IMG/VR virus record: IMGVR_UViG_3300025723_001543
Location: 1 to 29,306 of that record
Source of the DNA: a virus
Lineage: Duplodnaviria; Heunggongvirae; Uroviricota; Caudoviricetes
DNA length: 29,306 nucleotides
Strand: one strand, 5' to 3'
In this document: positions 1 to 8,772 of the stretch, one piece after another
Numbering within the stretch: position 1 is the stretch's first letter
Layout of the letters: every line of letters starts with the position of its first letter
The notes under the pieces: generated by a model
The model's input: the letters and a program-made list of their open reading frames with translations, nothing else
The model's database searches: none
Told to the model about the DNA's origin: nothing
Position numbers and translations under genes: made by a program

Positions 1-238
1 GTGCAATATCGTCTTCAGTTGATTCAGTATCGTCTTCAGTTGATTCAGTATCATCTTCAGTTGATTCAGTATCATCTTCAGTTGATTCAGTATCATCTTC
101 AGTTGATTCAGTATCATCTTCAGAAAATTCTTCATCTGAATCAACAGTATAATCTTCTGTAGAAAGAAATTCTACAGTATCTTCAAGTTCAGCAAGGCGC
201 TTTAGAATTGTATTGAGAGTATCGTCGATGCTTGGCAT
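1..238 (-). CDS. Very acidic repeat protein (MPSIDDTLNTILKRLAELEDTVEFLSTED...(EDDTEST)n), truncated at the window edge
   Basis: ATG at 238 with GAGGAG SD just upstream; open frame to position 1; not in the ORF track. Confidence 0.8.
   Translation of the reverse strand, partial: MPSIDDTLNTILKRLAELEDTVEFLSTEDYTVDSDEEFSEDDTESTEDDTESTEDDTESTEDDTESTEDDTESTEDDIA
7..123. repeat. 21-bp tandem repeat, 5 full copies plus a 12-bp partial copy (tatcRtcttcagttgattcag), encoding DDTESTE on the minus strand
   Basis: Direct reading of the sequence. Confidence 0.95.
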
Positions 239-285
239 AGAAATCTCCTCTAAATGACATAATATAAATCACTATCACTCAAATA

Positions 286-292
286 TATTTAG
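286..292 (-). promoter_or_regulatory. Putative T4-type late promoter variant (CTAAATA)
   Basis: tatttag on the + strand, upstream of the acidic ORF. Confidence 0.45.
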
Positions 293-343
293 AATTTTAA
301 TGTTACAATTGTGTGAAAAAACAATCAATTATTAAAAATAATT

Positions 344-1252
344 TTAATAATTTACAAATTCTTTAAACCCTAAAAATTGTTCTTTTTGTATAACAGTTTT
401 TATTTCTTCATCATTTTTAGGAACAATTTTAGAAAAATGTTTTATTTTTCCATCATATAATTTATGAAGTGAAGAGTTATCAAGAACATCGACATGGATC
501 ATTTCACGAGATACTTTTATATCCATTTTGGTCTGAATTGGTCTTATTATAATTAATTCGTCTGATGGTACATATGCTGATTGAAAAATTGTACGCATCT
601 GTCTTGGTTTATTTTCAATTCTAAACACATTATATTGAAAATCGTCAGTCATTTTGCTGGCCAATCCTTCAAGCATTTCTTTAGCATCTTTAGCATTTTT
701 TGTTGTTTTTAATGCTTGTTCCATACGCATTTCACTAGATTTTCTCCAAATATCTTGTTGTTTTTTAACACCACTTTGAAATCCAGCCCATGGCAATTCG
801 ATACCATGATTTGTACGGGAAATAACTTCCGACTTTGGAATTTCTTTTATAATACTATGATATTCGCCTTTACCTTGATCCATTTTAGCAGCCTCTACGA
901 GAACTAACTTTTCTGGTGTACAGCAAAAAATAAACCCTGTCATTTTTTGTTTTACTAAAAATTCTGCAGCTTCTTTTGGATCGGTCATATGTAATGCTTT
1001 TTCTATATCATCGCCATCTTTTGCATTTGATTCACCAAGAAGGGTAGGGGTTAAGCTTGTTGTGATAATGACAAGACCTTTATAGTTCATACCTTCTCTG
1101 TATTTTGTTTCAAAATCATACATGAAAAATATTTCGCCAACTTTTTTGGTTTTATAGTCTTTAAAGGAAACTTCGGAAACGTAATCTTGATCACGATTTT
1201 TAGCAATGACCCATCCTTTTCCTTTAAAATATTTGGCGACAGCTGTACACAT
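344..1252 (-). CDS. N-terminal nucleophile (Ntn) cysteine hydrolase (C45/choloylglycine hydrolase/NRDE-like)
   Basis: M-C-T start exposing Cys2, KNRD motif, TNHG motif; AAGGA SD. Confidence 0.75.
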   Translation of the reverse strand: MCTAVAKYFKGKGWVIAKNRDQDYVSEVSFKDYKTKKVGEIFFMYDFETKYREGMNYKGLVIITTSLTPTLLGESNAKDGDDIEKALHMTDPKEAAEFLVKQKMTGFIFCCTPEKLVLVEAAKMDQGKGEYHSIIKEIPKSEVISRTNHGIELPWAGFQSGVKKQQDIWRKSSEMRMEQALKTTKNAKDAKEMLEGLASKMTDDFQYNVFRIENKPRQMRTIFQSAYVPSDELIIIRPIQTKMDIKVSREMIHVDVLDNSSLHKLYDGKIKHFSKIVPKNDEEIKTVIQKEQFLGFKEFVNY

Positions 1253-1280
1253 CTATGATATCCTTGTTATGGCTATAAGA

Positions 1281-1294
1281 TATTTATATAAATA
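1281..1294. promoter_or_regulatory. Back-to-back T4 late promoters forming the palindrome TATTTATATAAATA
   Basis: TATAAATA on - (1281-1288) and + (1287-1294) between divergent genes. Confidence 0.7.
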
Positions 1295-1325
1295 TGTATA
1301 TCATGTGAGAATGAAGGAAAATAAT

Positions 1326-2369
1326 ATGAATACTATAAAAAGTGCTGTGTTTGATTTAGAAGGTGATGACCTCGATCTTATAAATGATATTAATAGAAAA
1401 TATGTCAGCACTGGTCTTACATATGGATGGAAAGCAAATAATAATAGATCATATGATCAGGGCCACTGGAATAAATTAATTGTACCAAATAGTACTCGTT
1501 TTCCATGTGATCATAATCAAACATCATATTTAAATAATCATCCAGAAATTAAAAATATATGGGGAATTTTACAGGCAACTGTTGGTTCTAGAGGATTTTA
1601 TAGAACATATATTAATGGTTATACTTATGGAACTGAAGGGTATGCTCATCAAGATGATGTTTGGATAAAAGAAAAATATGGATCAACTGCTCTTTCTGAA
1701 ACAGCAGTAATCTATCTTAATAATAAATGGCATATAGATTGGGGTGGTGAAACAGTTATATATAGTGATATGAAAATTGATAATGCTGATAATGAAATTG
1801 TTGTTTCTGTTCTCCCAAAAATGGGAAGAATATTTATATTTGAATCTACAGCATTACATGCAGCCAGACCACTTTCAAGATCATGTCCTGACTTAAGAAG
1901 TGTTCTTGTTATTAAAACAATTGATCCTTCTGTTGTTTCTCCATTAGTTAATTTTATTTCTGACTTAACGTTCAAAGTCAAACATAGTGGAAAATCGTTT
2001 TTTGAACATCTTTTTGGAACTATGTTAAATATAGAACATAAAAATAGAAACGTTTCGGATGATGTTCTTTTGGCTGGATTGTATCATTCTGTATATGGAA
2101 CAGAGTACTTCAATTATAATAATCCAGAGATAACCAGAGAAATAATTCAAAAGATGCTTGGCGAATATTCTGAATATCTTGTATATGAATTTTGTAATAT
2201 GAAGTACAGAGTGAATACTTTGATGACTAATTCTAATGATTATTATCCTAAAGCCTTAAAAGATTTAATCATGATTGAAATTGCTAATCTTGAAGATCAA
2301 AATTCTAACTTTGTTTTTGACACACAGATAAAAGAACTAAGAAAAAAACTTAGTACAATTATTATTTAA
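1326..2369 (+). CDS. 2OG-Fe(II) oxygenase fused to a C-terminal DUF6817-like (HD-like) domain
   Basis: HQD...WGGET...H...R oxygenase motifs; HSGKSFFEHL...AGLYHSVYGT in the C-terminal part; AAGGA SD before ATG 1326. Confidence 0.75.
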   Translation: MNTIKSAVFDLEGDDLDLINDINRKYVSTGLTYGWKANNNRSYDQGHWNKLIVPNSTRFPCDHNQTSYLNNHPEIKNIWGILQATVGSRGFYRTYINGYTYGTEGYAHQDDVWIKEKYGSTALSETAVIYLNNKWHIDWGGETVIYSDMKIDNADNEIVVSVLPKMGRIFIFESTALHAARPLSRSCPDLRSVLVIKTIDPSVVSPLVNFISDLTFKVKHSGKSFFEHLFGTMLNIEHKNRNVSDDVLLAGLYHSVYGTEYFNYNNPEITREIIQKMLGEYSEYLVYEFCNMKYRVNTLMTNSNDYYPKALKDLIMIEIANLEDQNSNFVFDTQIKELRKKLSTIII

Positions 2370-2382
2370 ATAGGTTTTTGCT

Positions 2383-3198
2383 ATGATACTTGATTGCTTT
2401 ATGTTCACCAATGAATATGATATTCTTGAAGGTAGATTAGAATATCTATATCCAAAAGTTGATAAATTTATCATTATTGAGTCTGATATTACTCATAATG
2501 GAACAAAAAAACGTTTAAATTTTCTTGATAATATTAAGCGTTATACAAAATATATGAGTAAAATATTTTATTATCCTGTTCATATTAATCCAGATCACTA
2601 TGATTTTACATTAAAACCTGATGATCCGGCTAGTAGAGATACAGGATATTGGAAAGTTGAAAATTTTCAAAGAAATTATATACAAAATGCCTTGAATTTT
2701 TTTGATGATGATGATATAGTTATGATTAGTGATGTCGATGAAATTCCATTAAAGAGTGCTATTGATATTGCTTTAGTTCATCTTGCTCCCGATAATCCTT
2801 TTATTGGATTTAAACAAGGAATGTTTTTTTATAATTTCAATCAAGTACAACAAACTCCATGTTATGGAACCGTTCTTTGTAAAAATTACACAGTGAAAGA
2901 TGTTTCACCTCAGTGGATAAGAGAACATAGATGGGATCATCAAATTCCATTTGTAGAATTTGGTGGTTATCATTTAAGTTTTTGGGCAACACCAGAAAAA
3001 ATTCAACAAAAAATAATTATTGCTCCTCATCAAGAATTTAATAATGAAAAAATTAGAGATTTGGACAATATTCGTCATAATATGATTATGGGGAAAGATA
3101 TATATGAGAGAAAAGGTAAAGTACTTTTACCTGTAGATAGAAATACAATTGATCCAGAAGTATTGACTATCTTTGAAAAGTATGAGATAATAATTTAG
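2383..3198 (+). CDS. Glycosyltransferase family 17-like (beta-1,4-GlcNAc transferase-like)
   Basis: DCFMFxNExDILExRL, ExFQRN, SDVDEIP and GGYHLSF motifs. Confidence 0.85.
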   Translation: MILDCFMFTNEYDILEGRLEYLYPKVDKFIIIESDITHNGTKKRLNFLDNIKRYTKYMSKIFYYPVHINPDHYDFTLKPDDPASRDTGYWKVENFQRNYIQNALNFFDDDDIVMISDVDEIPLKSAIDIALVHLAPDNPFIGFKQGMFFYNFNQVQQTPCYGTVLCKNYTVKDVSPQWIREHRWDHQIPFVEFGGYHLSFWATPEKIQQKIIIAPHQEFNNEKIRDLDNIRHNMIMGKDIYERKGKVLLPVDRNTIDPEVLTIFEKYEIII

Positions 3199-3206
3199 AA
3201 TTAAAT

Positions 3207-3283
3207 GCGTTTGTGACGGAATTGGTATACGTATCAGTCTTAGAAACTGAGTTTTGGGGGTTCGAGTCCCTTCAAGCGCACCA
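3207..3283 (+). tRNA. tRNA-Leu(UAG) with a short variable loop
   Basis: Acceptor gcgtttg/caagcgc, anticodon arm tcagt-cttagaa-actga, TTCGA loop, A73, encoded CCA. Confidence 0.9.
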
Positions 3284-3300
3284 AAAAATTAAGGAAAAAA

Positions 3301-3447
3301 ATGTCATATAATGATGAGTATAGAAGAACAAAAATGTTTAATAAAGCTGAATCTGCTTTTGAAGTAGCTAAGGTTATTATTATTCTTTTTTGGATGCCTG
3401 TTATTGCATTGACAATTCTTGCTTTTGTATTGGATTGGCTCTCTTAG
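3301..3447 (+). CDS. 48-aa single-pass membrane protein
   Basis: AAGGA SD; hydrophobic C-terminal half; stop codon lies inside the next tRNA. Confidence 0.6.
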   Translation: MSYNDEYRRTKMFNKAESAFEVAKVIIILFWMPVIALTILAFVLDWLS

Positions 3448-3511
3448 TTAAATGGTATAACAGTTGATTAGTAATCATCTATTGGCAGTTCGATTCTGTC
3501 AGAGAGCACCA
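3438..3511 (+). tRNA. tRNA-Thr(AGU)
   Basis: Acceptor gctctct/agagagc, anticodon loop ttAGTaa, TTCGA loop, CCA. Confidence 0.85.
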
Positions 3512-3519
3512 AAAAATAT

Positions 3520-3548
3520 TTGACATAATTTTTTGATTGTGTTATAGA
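3520..3548 (+). promoter_or_regulatory. Sigma70-type promoter TTGACA-N17-TATAGA with extended TG
   Basis: Consensus match directly upstream of tRNA-Tyr. Confidence 0.6.
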
Positions 3549-3557
3549 TAAGATAAT

Positions 3558-3644
3558 GAGTAGGCTGCAGAGACGGTGGACTGCACTAGACTGTAAATCT
3601 AGCCTCTAAGAGCGTTGTGGGTTCGAATCCTACCCTACTCACCA
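3558..3644 (+). tRNA. tRNA-Tyr(GUA)
   Basis: Acceptor gagtagg/cctactc, ctaga-ctGTAaa-tctag, long variable arm, CCA. Confidence 0.9.
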
Positions 3645-3660
3645 TTTTTAAAAGGTTGTT

Positions 3661-4308
3661 ATGAAAAAAATTGCTTTATTTCAAAATCATCCTGAGTGTT
3701 CTAAACAATGCTGTAATGGTATTACTAAATCATTATCTTATAATTATGAAATAAAGTTATTTACTGTTGATGATGATCTAGACGAGGTGTTAAATGACGT
3801 TGTTGCAGTATGCTTCCCCGGTGGTATTGGTGATAGTGACAGCTATCACGATTTCTTTACACGTACTAAAGCTAACAAAATCGCAGCGTTTCTTGCTAGA
3901 GGTGGTAGGTATATCGGCATTTGCATGGGTGCTTATTGGGCTGGCTCTAGATATTTTGACATACTTGACAACGTAGACGCAGTACAATATATTAAACAAC
4001 CAACTGCTATTGTTAAAAGATCATATGGTACTGTAGCATTTGTGTTTTGGGATGATCTTCCCTATCATATGTTCTTTTATGATGGGTGTACATATGTTGG
4101 TGATGGTAAGTATAAAACTGTTGCTAAATATGCAGACGGGTTGCCAATGGCAATCATTCAAGGTAATATAGGATTGATTGGTTGTCATCCAGAAAGTGAA
4201 GAGTTTTGGTATGATAAGCCTTATCAGTATATACATAAATACTGGCATGATGGTGAACATCACCGACTGTTGTTAGAATTTGTAGATAGGCTTATCGGAG
4301 ATGAATGA
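3661..4308 (+). CDS. Stand-alone BPL_N-type class I glutamine amidotransferase-like protein
   Basis: FPGG, GICMGAY nucleophile elbow, HPE triad motif. Confidence 0.8.
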   Translation: MKKIALFQNHPECSKQCCNGITKSLSYNYEIKLFTVDDDLDEVLNDVVAVCFPGGIGDSDSYHDFFTRTKANKIAAFLARGGRYIGICMGAYWAGSRYFDILDNVDAVQYIKQPTAIVKRSYGTVAFVFWDDLPYHMFFYDGCTYVGDGKYKTVAKYADGLPMAIIQGNIGLIGCHPESEEFWYDKPYQYIHKYWHDGEHHRLLLEFVDRLIGDE

Positions 4309-4309
4309 T

Positions 4310-4450
4310 ATGGCTAAAACAATTGTTAAGAATAAAACTACTAAAGTTGTTAAAAATAAATCTGGTTCGACTACTACTTACAGTAAATCATCTAGTGGTT
4401 GGAAAGCTTCTGGGTTTTCTCATAGTCGTGGAAGTAAAAAGAAAGTTTAA
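4310..4450 (+). CDS. 46-aa highly basic K/S/T-rich peptide
   Basis: GGAG SD; MAKTIVKNKTTKVVKNKSGS...SKKKV; fills the gap between a CDS and a tRNA. Confidence 0.6.
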   Translation: MAKTIVKNKTTKVVKNKSGSTTTYSKSSSGWKASGFSHSRGSKKKV

Positions 4451-4456
4451 TATTTT

Positions 4457-4531
4457 GGAGCATTCGTCTATCGGTTAGGATACAGGATTTTCATTCCTTT
4501 GAGAGCGGTTCGACTCCGCTATGCTCTACCA
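4457..4531 (+). tRNA. tRNA-Glu(UUC)
   Basis: Cloverleaf, loop ttTTCat, GGTTCGACTCC, CCA. Confidence 0.9.
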
Positions 4532-4539
4532 AAAAATAA

Positions 4540-4614
4540 GGTCCGTTGGCGCAGCGGTAGCGCAGTCCCTTTACACGGGAAAGGTCGGCAGTTCAATCCT
4601 GTCACGGACTACCA
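4540..4614 (+). tRNA. tRNA-Val(UAC)
   Basis: Cloverleaf, loop ttTACac, CCA. Confidence 0.9.
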
Positions 4615-4644
4615 TATATAAAATATGATACTGTGAGGTGTAAA

Positions 4645-5349
4645 ATGTCATTTAATAATAAGTATATTGAAAATTATATTAATAATGGATTTGATGATGT
4701 TGAAGGATGGTGTCATCCTAGAGTAGCAGAGTTTGTAGATTTTCTTGATAGTCTATCTCTTAATAAAATTGGTGGTGCATGTGAAATTGGCATTCATCAT
4801 GGCAAACTATTTCTTCTCCTCAATCAAACAATTGAAGAACAATATAAGTCATATGCAGTAGATGTATTTGATTTTCAACATTTAAATATTGATCAGTCTG
4901 GTCAAGGCAAGAAAGATATTTTTGCTCAGAATATCATAAGCTATGATCGACATAGAGGAAACAATATTGTTCTTCTTGAAGAAGATTCTACTGATCCTAA
5001 AGATGTTATGCGTAAGAATATTCCTTCTGGTTCACTTAGGTTTATGTCTGTTGATGGTGGTCATAGCGTTGAACACACAATCAATGATTTGAAGATTGCC
5101 AGCGAACTTATTCATAATGAAGGTATTGTTATTATTGATGATATTACTAATCACTGGTGGATGAGTGTTGTTGAAGGTGTTTGTAAGTATATGCTTACAT
5201 ATCCAACACTCATCCCATTTGCTGTTGGCAATAATAAAATGTATTTTGCTAAATTGAGCTGGCATGGTTATTATTATAATCAAGTTAATAATAGTAGATT
5301 TGGAACTAAAGAAACTAAATTCTTTGGTCATGGGTTAATTAGTCTATAA
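4645..5349 (+). CDS. Class I SAM-dependent methyltransferase (Methyltransf_24-like)
   Basis: EIGIHHG, AVDVF, VDGGH, GIVIIDD motifs. Confidence 0.85.
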   Translation: MSFNNKYIENYINNGFDDVEGWCHPRVAEFVDFLDSLSLNKIGGACEIGIHHGKLFLLLNQTIEEQYKSYAVDVFDFQHLNIDQSGQGKKDIFAQNIISYDRHRGNNIVLLEEDSTDPKDVMRKNIPSGSLRFMSVDGGHSVEHTINDLKIASELIHNEGIVIIDDITNHWWMSVVEGVCKYMLTYPTLIPFAVGNNKMYFAKLSWHGYYYNQVNNSRFGTKETKFFGHGLISL

Positions 5350-5359
5350 GCGAGGAAAA

Positions 5360-6070
5360 ATGATCAGTATAATTGTTCCTACAATGTGGCGGTATAAGCC
5401 ATTCTATACATTTTTATCCGATATGTTATCTAGTCCATATGTCGGAGAAATTTTTATTATCGATAACAATCCATCTGAAAGACCAAAAATTGAAGTTCTT
5501 AATCATCCTAATATCACTATTCGTACTTTTGGTAAAAACATTTACGTAAATCCTGCATGGAATTTTGCAGTACCACAAGTAAAGTATGATAAAATTTGTT
5601 TGTATGGTGATGATCTTATCTTTGATCTTAAGTTATTTCACAGAATTTATCCACACATTTCTCCAGAACGTGGAGTTTATGGTATAAGTCCCGGTGTGAA
5701 AGATACGCCACAAATACCAATTACTACTGGAGAAATTAGTATTATTCATAGCCCGATGCCTTATCATTTTCGTCAGCATCTTGGTTTTGGAATGCTTATG
5801 TTTCTTCATAGGAACAATTGGATTCCTGTTATTGATGGTTTAGATATTTGTTGGGGTGATAATTTTGTTTATGATACTCAATATTATATGATGAATCAAA
5901 ATTATCTTATCACAAATCTTCTTCATCATACACCTTATGCAACAACAACTTCTACTATCCCAGAAGCTATTGATATGATGAATGCAGAAGGAATTGTATA
6001 TAATAGGGATATGCCAGCTATAATAAATAAACTCATAAGTGACAACTCTTATCGTACAGGATTTTTATGA
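5360..6070 (+). CDS. GT2-like glycosyltransferase
   Basis: ISIIVPT, IIDN, N.YVNPAWN, DD motif, WGD. Confidence 0.8.
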   Translation: MISIIVPTMWRYKPFYTFLSDMLSSPYVGEIFIIDNNPSERPKIEVLNHPNITIRTFGKNIYVNPAWNFAVPQVKYDKICLYGDDLIFDLKLFHRIYPHISPERGVYGISPGVKDTPQIPITTGEISIIHSPMPYHFRQHLGFGMLMFLHRNNWIPVIDGLDICWGDNFVYDTQYYMMNQNYLITNLLHHTPYATTTSTIPEAIDMMNAEGIVYNRDMPAIINKLISDNSYRTGFL

Positions 6071-6942
6071 TGCGTGATTTAATTATTGGTGGATGTTGTG
6101 GATATACATTTGATAAAGTAAAAGGTTGGATAAATTCAATTAACATGAGTGGATTTGAAGGCGACAAAGTTTTGGTTGTCTTCAATAGTGGAAATAAAAC
6201 TGCTGATCATGAATTTATGAAGCAAGTAGTCGATACAGGGTTTGATGTTTTTAATGCTGAGTTATCAAATAATGTTAATAGCGGCTCAATACATGTACAA
6301 AGATTTCTTGCTATCTCTGATTATATTAGAAACTATCCTGCTCGTTATGTTATTACAACAGATGTTCGTGATGTTGTTTTTCAATATAACCCTGTGAAAT
6401 GGTTAGAAAAAAATCTTGGTGATAAAAAAATTGTTGTTGCTTCTGAGTGTCTAAAGTATATGGATGAAGGTTGGGGAAACAATAATCTCCTTGAAACATT
6501 TGGACCATATGTTCATAATATATTGAAAACAAACACAATATATAATGTTGGTGTCCTTGCTGGAGAAGGTGAATATATTAGGGATTTATGTTTTAATATT
6601 GCATTGCATTCTTCTGGTAAACCCATTAAGATATGTGATCAAGCTGTTTTCAATCAACTCATTGATAATAAGATATATGAAGATTCTACTTTCTTTTCAC
6701 AGATGAAAGATGGGTGGGCTGCTAATCTTGGTACAGTTGCTGATGAACGTAAGATTACCATGTTTAGACCAAATCTTCTTGAAGGTGAACCAAAGTTTGA
6801 TGGAAGTTATGTTTATAATGAATTTGGAGAAACTATGTGTATTGTTCATCAATACATTAGATCAGTAAATCTTGGAAATGGTGTTGTTCAAGATTATGGT
6901 CAGTGGAAAGAATATATTGAAAAAATGTATGGAGTCATTTAA
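6067..6942 (+). CDS. GT-A fold glycosyltransferase-like protein
   Basis: TDVRDVVFQ (DxxD), NVGVLAG, DQAVFN, IVHQY. Confidence 0.7.
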   Translation: MMRDLIIGGCCGYTFDKVKGWINSINMSGFEGDKVLVVFNSGNKTADHEFMKQVVDTGFDVFNAELSNNVNSGSIHVQRFLAISDYIRNYPARYVITTDVRDVVFQYNPVKWLEKNLGDKKIVVASECLKYMDEGWGNNNLLETFGPYVHNILKTNTIYNVGVLAGEGEYIRDLCFNIALHSSGKPIKICDQAVFNQLIDNKIYEDSTFFSQMKDGWAANLGTVADERKITMFRPNLLEGEPKFDGSYVYNEFGETMCIVHQYIRSVNLGNGVVQDYGQWKEYIEKMYGVI

Positions 6943-6943
6943 T

Positions 6944-7684
6944 ATGGAAAAGAAAGCATTAATTATTACGCCTACAGGAACTGACATGTTTTTTGATGAT
7001 GCCTATGATAGGGATAATCATTGGAGATATACGAAATCTCAAAGGACGTATGATACATGTGTTGTTGTATTTAATGATTATCAACCAGAAGTAGGAACTT
7101 ATGATTTTATTATTCGTCGTAAGGGGCTAAAGTGGAATCTTATGGAAGAAGTTTCTAATATAATTAATTTAGAAAATTATGATTATATTGGTTGTTTTGA
7201 TGATGATTATGCTACTGATATTCAATCAGTAAATGAATCTCTTGCTATTGCAAGACATTATGATTTTAGACTATTTCATCAAGCCGCTATTTCATATAAT
7301 ACATATGAATGTATGAGACATAATCCAGAATATATTTTTACTGAAACAGATTTTATTGAATCTGGTTGTCCTTTTTTTAGAAATGATATTTTTAAGAAAG
7401 TAACTGATTTTCTTCATGATTATAAGTATGAAAAATCATGTTGGGGTATTGATAGAGTTATGTGCCAGTTTCTTCAAACTACAGCACATGTCATTCATAC
7501 AAATACTGTAAAACATATGCGTCCAGAAGAAAGTTCTTATGATAAAGCTGATGGGTTCAAGGCATTAGAGTATGTAACTGATGTATTGTATCCAAAGTAT
7601 ATGAAGGAAAAGTTTGATATTGATTGTAATTATATCAATTCTCAAAAGGTTCTGAGAGCATGGAAAATTGTTGACAACGATTAA
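6944..7684 (+). CDS. DUF707-like putative glycosyltransferase
   Basis: YDYIGCFDDD, FIE..CPFFR, WGID motifs. Confidence 0.6.
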   Translation: MEKKALIITPTGTDMFFDDAYDRDNHWRYTKSQRTYDTCVVVFNDYQPEVGTYDFIIRRKGLKWNLMEEVSNIINLENYDYIGCFDDDYATDIQSVNESLAIARHYDFRLFHQAAISYNTYECMRHNPEYIFTETDFIESGCPFFRNDIFKKVTDFLHDYKYEKSCWGIDRVMCQFLQTTAHVIHTNTVKHMRPEESSYDKADGFKALEYVTDVLYPKYMKEKFDIDCNYINSQKVLRAWKIVDND

Positions 7685-7699
7685 TAACTGTGATAAGTT
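7671..7699 (+). promoter_or_regulatory. Sigma70-type promoter TTGACA-N17-TAAGTT with extended TG
   Basis: Consensus match upstream of the dehydratase gene. Confidence 0.5.
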
Positions 7700-7731
7700 G
7701 TTTAAATAATCAAATTTGATATGGAGAAAAA

Positions 7732-8772
7732 ATGACAAAACGTGTTCTTATTACTGGTGGTGCTGGATTTATCGGTCATCATATTATTGATCTTTTCCTT
7801 AAGAAGACTGATTGGGAAATTGTTACTTTGGATCGTCTAGATTACTCTGGCAATCTGAATCGGTTACATAATGTTGTATCTCAATATGATCCTGAAACTC
7901 GTAAGAGAGTTAAGATTGTATGGCATGATCTTAAGGCAGAAATTACGGAAATTAATAATAATTTTATTGGTGATGTTAATGTAATTTTGCATCTTGCTGC
8001 TAGTAGTCATGTTGACCGTTCTATTACACATCCTATGGAATTTGTTATGGATAATACTGTCGGCACAGTTAATATTCTTAACTTTGCTAGAACACTAAAG
8101 AATCTGGAACGTTTCATTTATTTTAGTACAGATGAGATTTTTGGTGTTGCTCCTCCCGGCGTTTCGTATAGAGAACGTGATAGATACAATTCAACAAATC
8201 CTTATTCTGCTTCTAAGGCAGCTGCAGAAGAATTTTGTGTTGCTTATGAAAACACATATAATCTTCCTATCTTTATCACTCATACAATGAATGTTTTTGG
8301 TGAACGTCAGCATCCAGAAAAGTTTATTCCTATGTGTATTCGTAAGATTCGTAATGGTGAGACTCTTACTATTCATTCAGATTCTTCTAAGACTATTCCC
8401 GGTTCTCGTTATTATATTCATGCTAAGGATGTTGCAGAAGCAATGTATTTCCTTCTGCATTTGAATGAGCAACAGAAAACTTTGATTAATATTCCAGATT
8501 ATGGAAATGCAAAGTGCCCCAAGTTTAATGTCGTTGGTAAGGAAGAAATTGATAATCTTCAGCTTGCAACATATATTGCGGATGCACAAGGTAAGAAATT
8601 CAATCATGAAATGGTCGATTTTCATACATCACGCCCCGGTCATGATCTTCGTTATGCATTGGATGGTGATTTTATGCGTATGCTTGGTTGGGAACCTCGT
8701 CTAACTCTAAAGGAACGCATTCAAGAAGTTGTTGATTGGTCTCTTGCTAATAAAGAATGGATTGAACTATGA
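7732..8772 (+). CDS. rfbB: dTDP-glucose 4,6-dehydratase (extended SDR)
   Basis: GGAGFIG, HVDRSI, STDE, YSASK, HPEKFIP, RPGHDLRY. Confidence 0.9.
   Translation: MTKRVLITGGAGFIGHHIIDLFLKKTDWEIVTLDRLDYSGNLNRLHNVVSQYDPETRKRVKIVWHDLKAEITEINNNFIGDVNVILHLAASSHVDRSITHPMEFVMDNTVGTVNILNFARTLKNLERFIYFSTDEIFGVAPPGVSYRERDRYNSTNPYSASKAAAEEFCVAYENTYNLPIFITHTMNVFGERQHPEKFIPMCIRKIRNGETLTIHSDSSKTIPGSRYYIHAKDVAEAMYFLLHLNEQQKTLINIPDYGNAKCPKFNVVGKEEIDNLQLATYIADAQGKKFNHEMVDFHTSRPGHDLRYALDGDFMRMLGWEPRLTLKERIQEVVDWSLANKEWIEL

Noticed and set aside
7-123. CRISPR-like array
   Set aside because: Head-to-tail 21-bp units with no spacers; in-frame coding repeat
1206-1325. N-terminal extension of the oxygenase in the ORF track
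   Set aside because: Overlaps the divergent gene and promoter; the SD supports ATG 1326 (similarly 6944, 11547, 16737 and 21502 are preferred starts)
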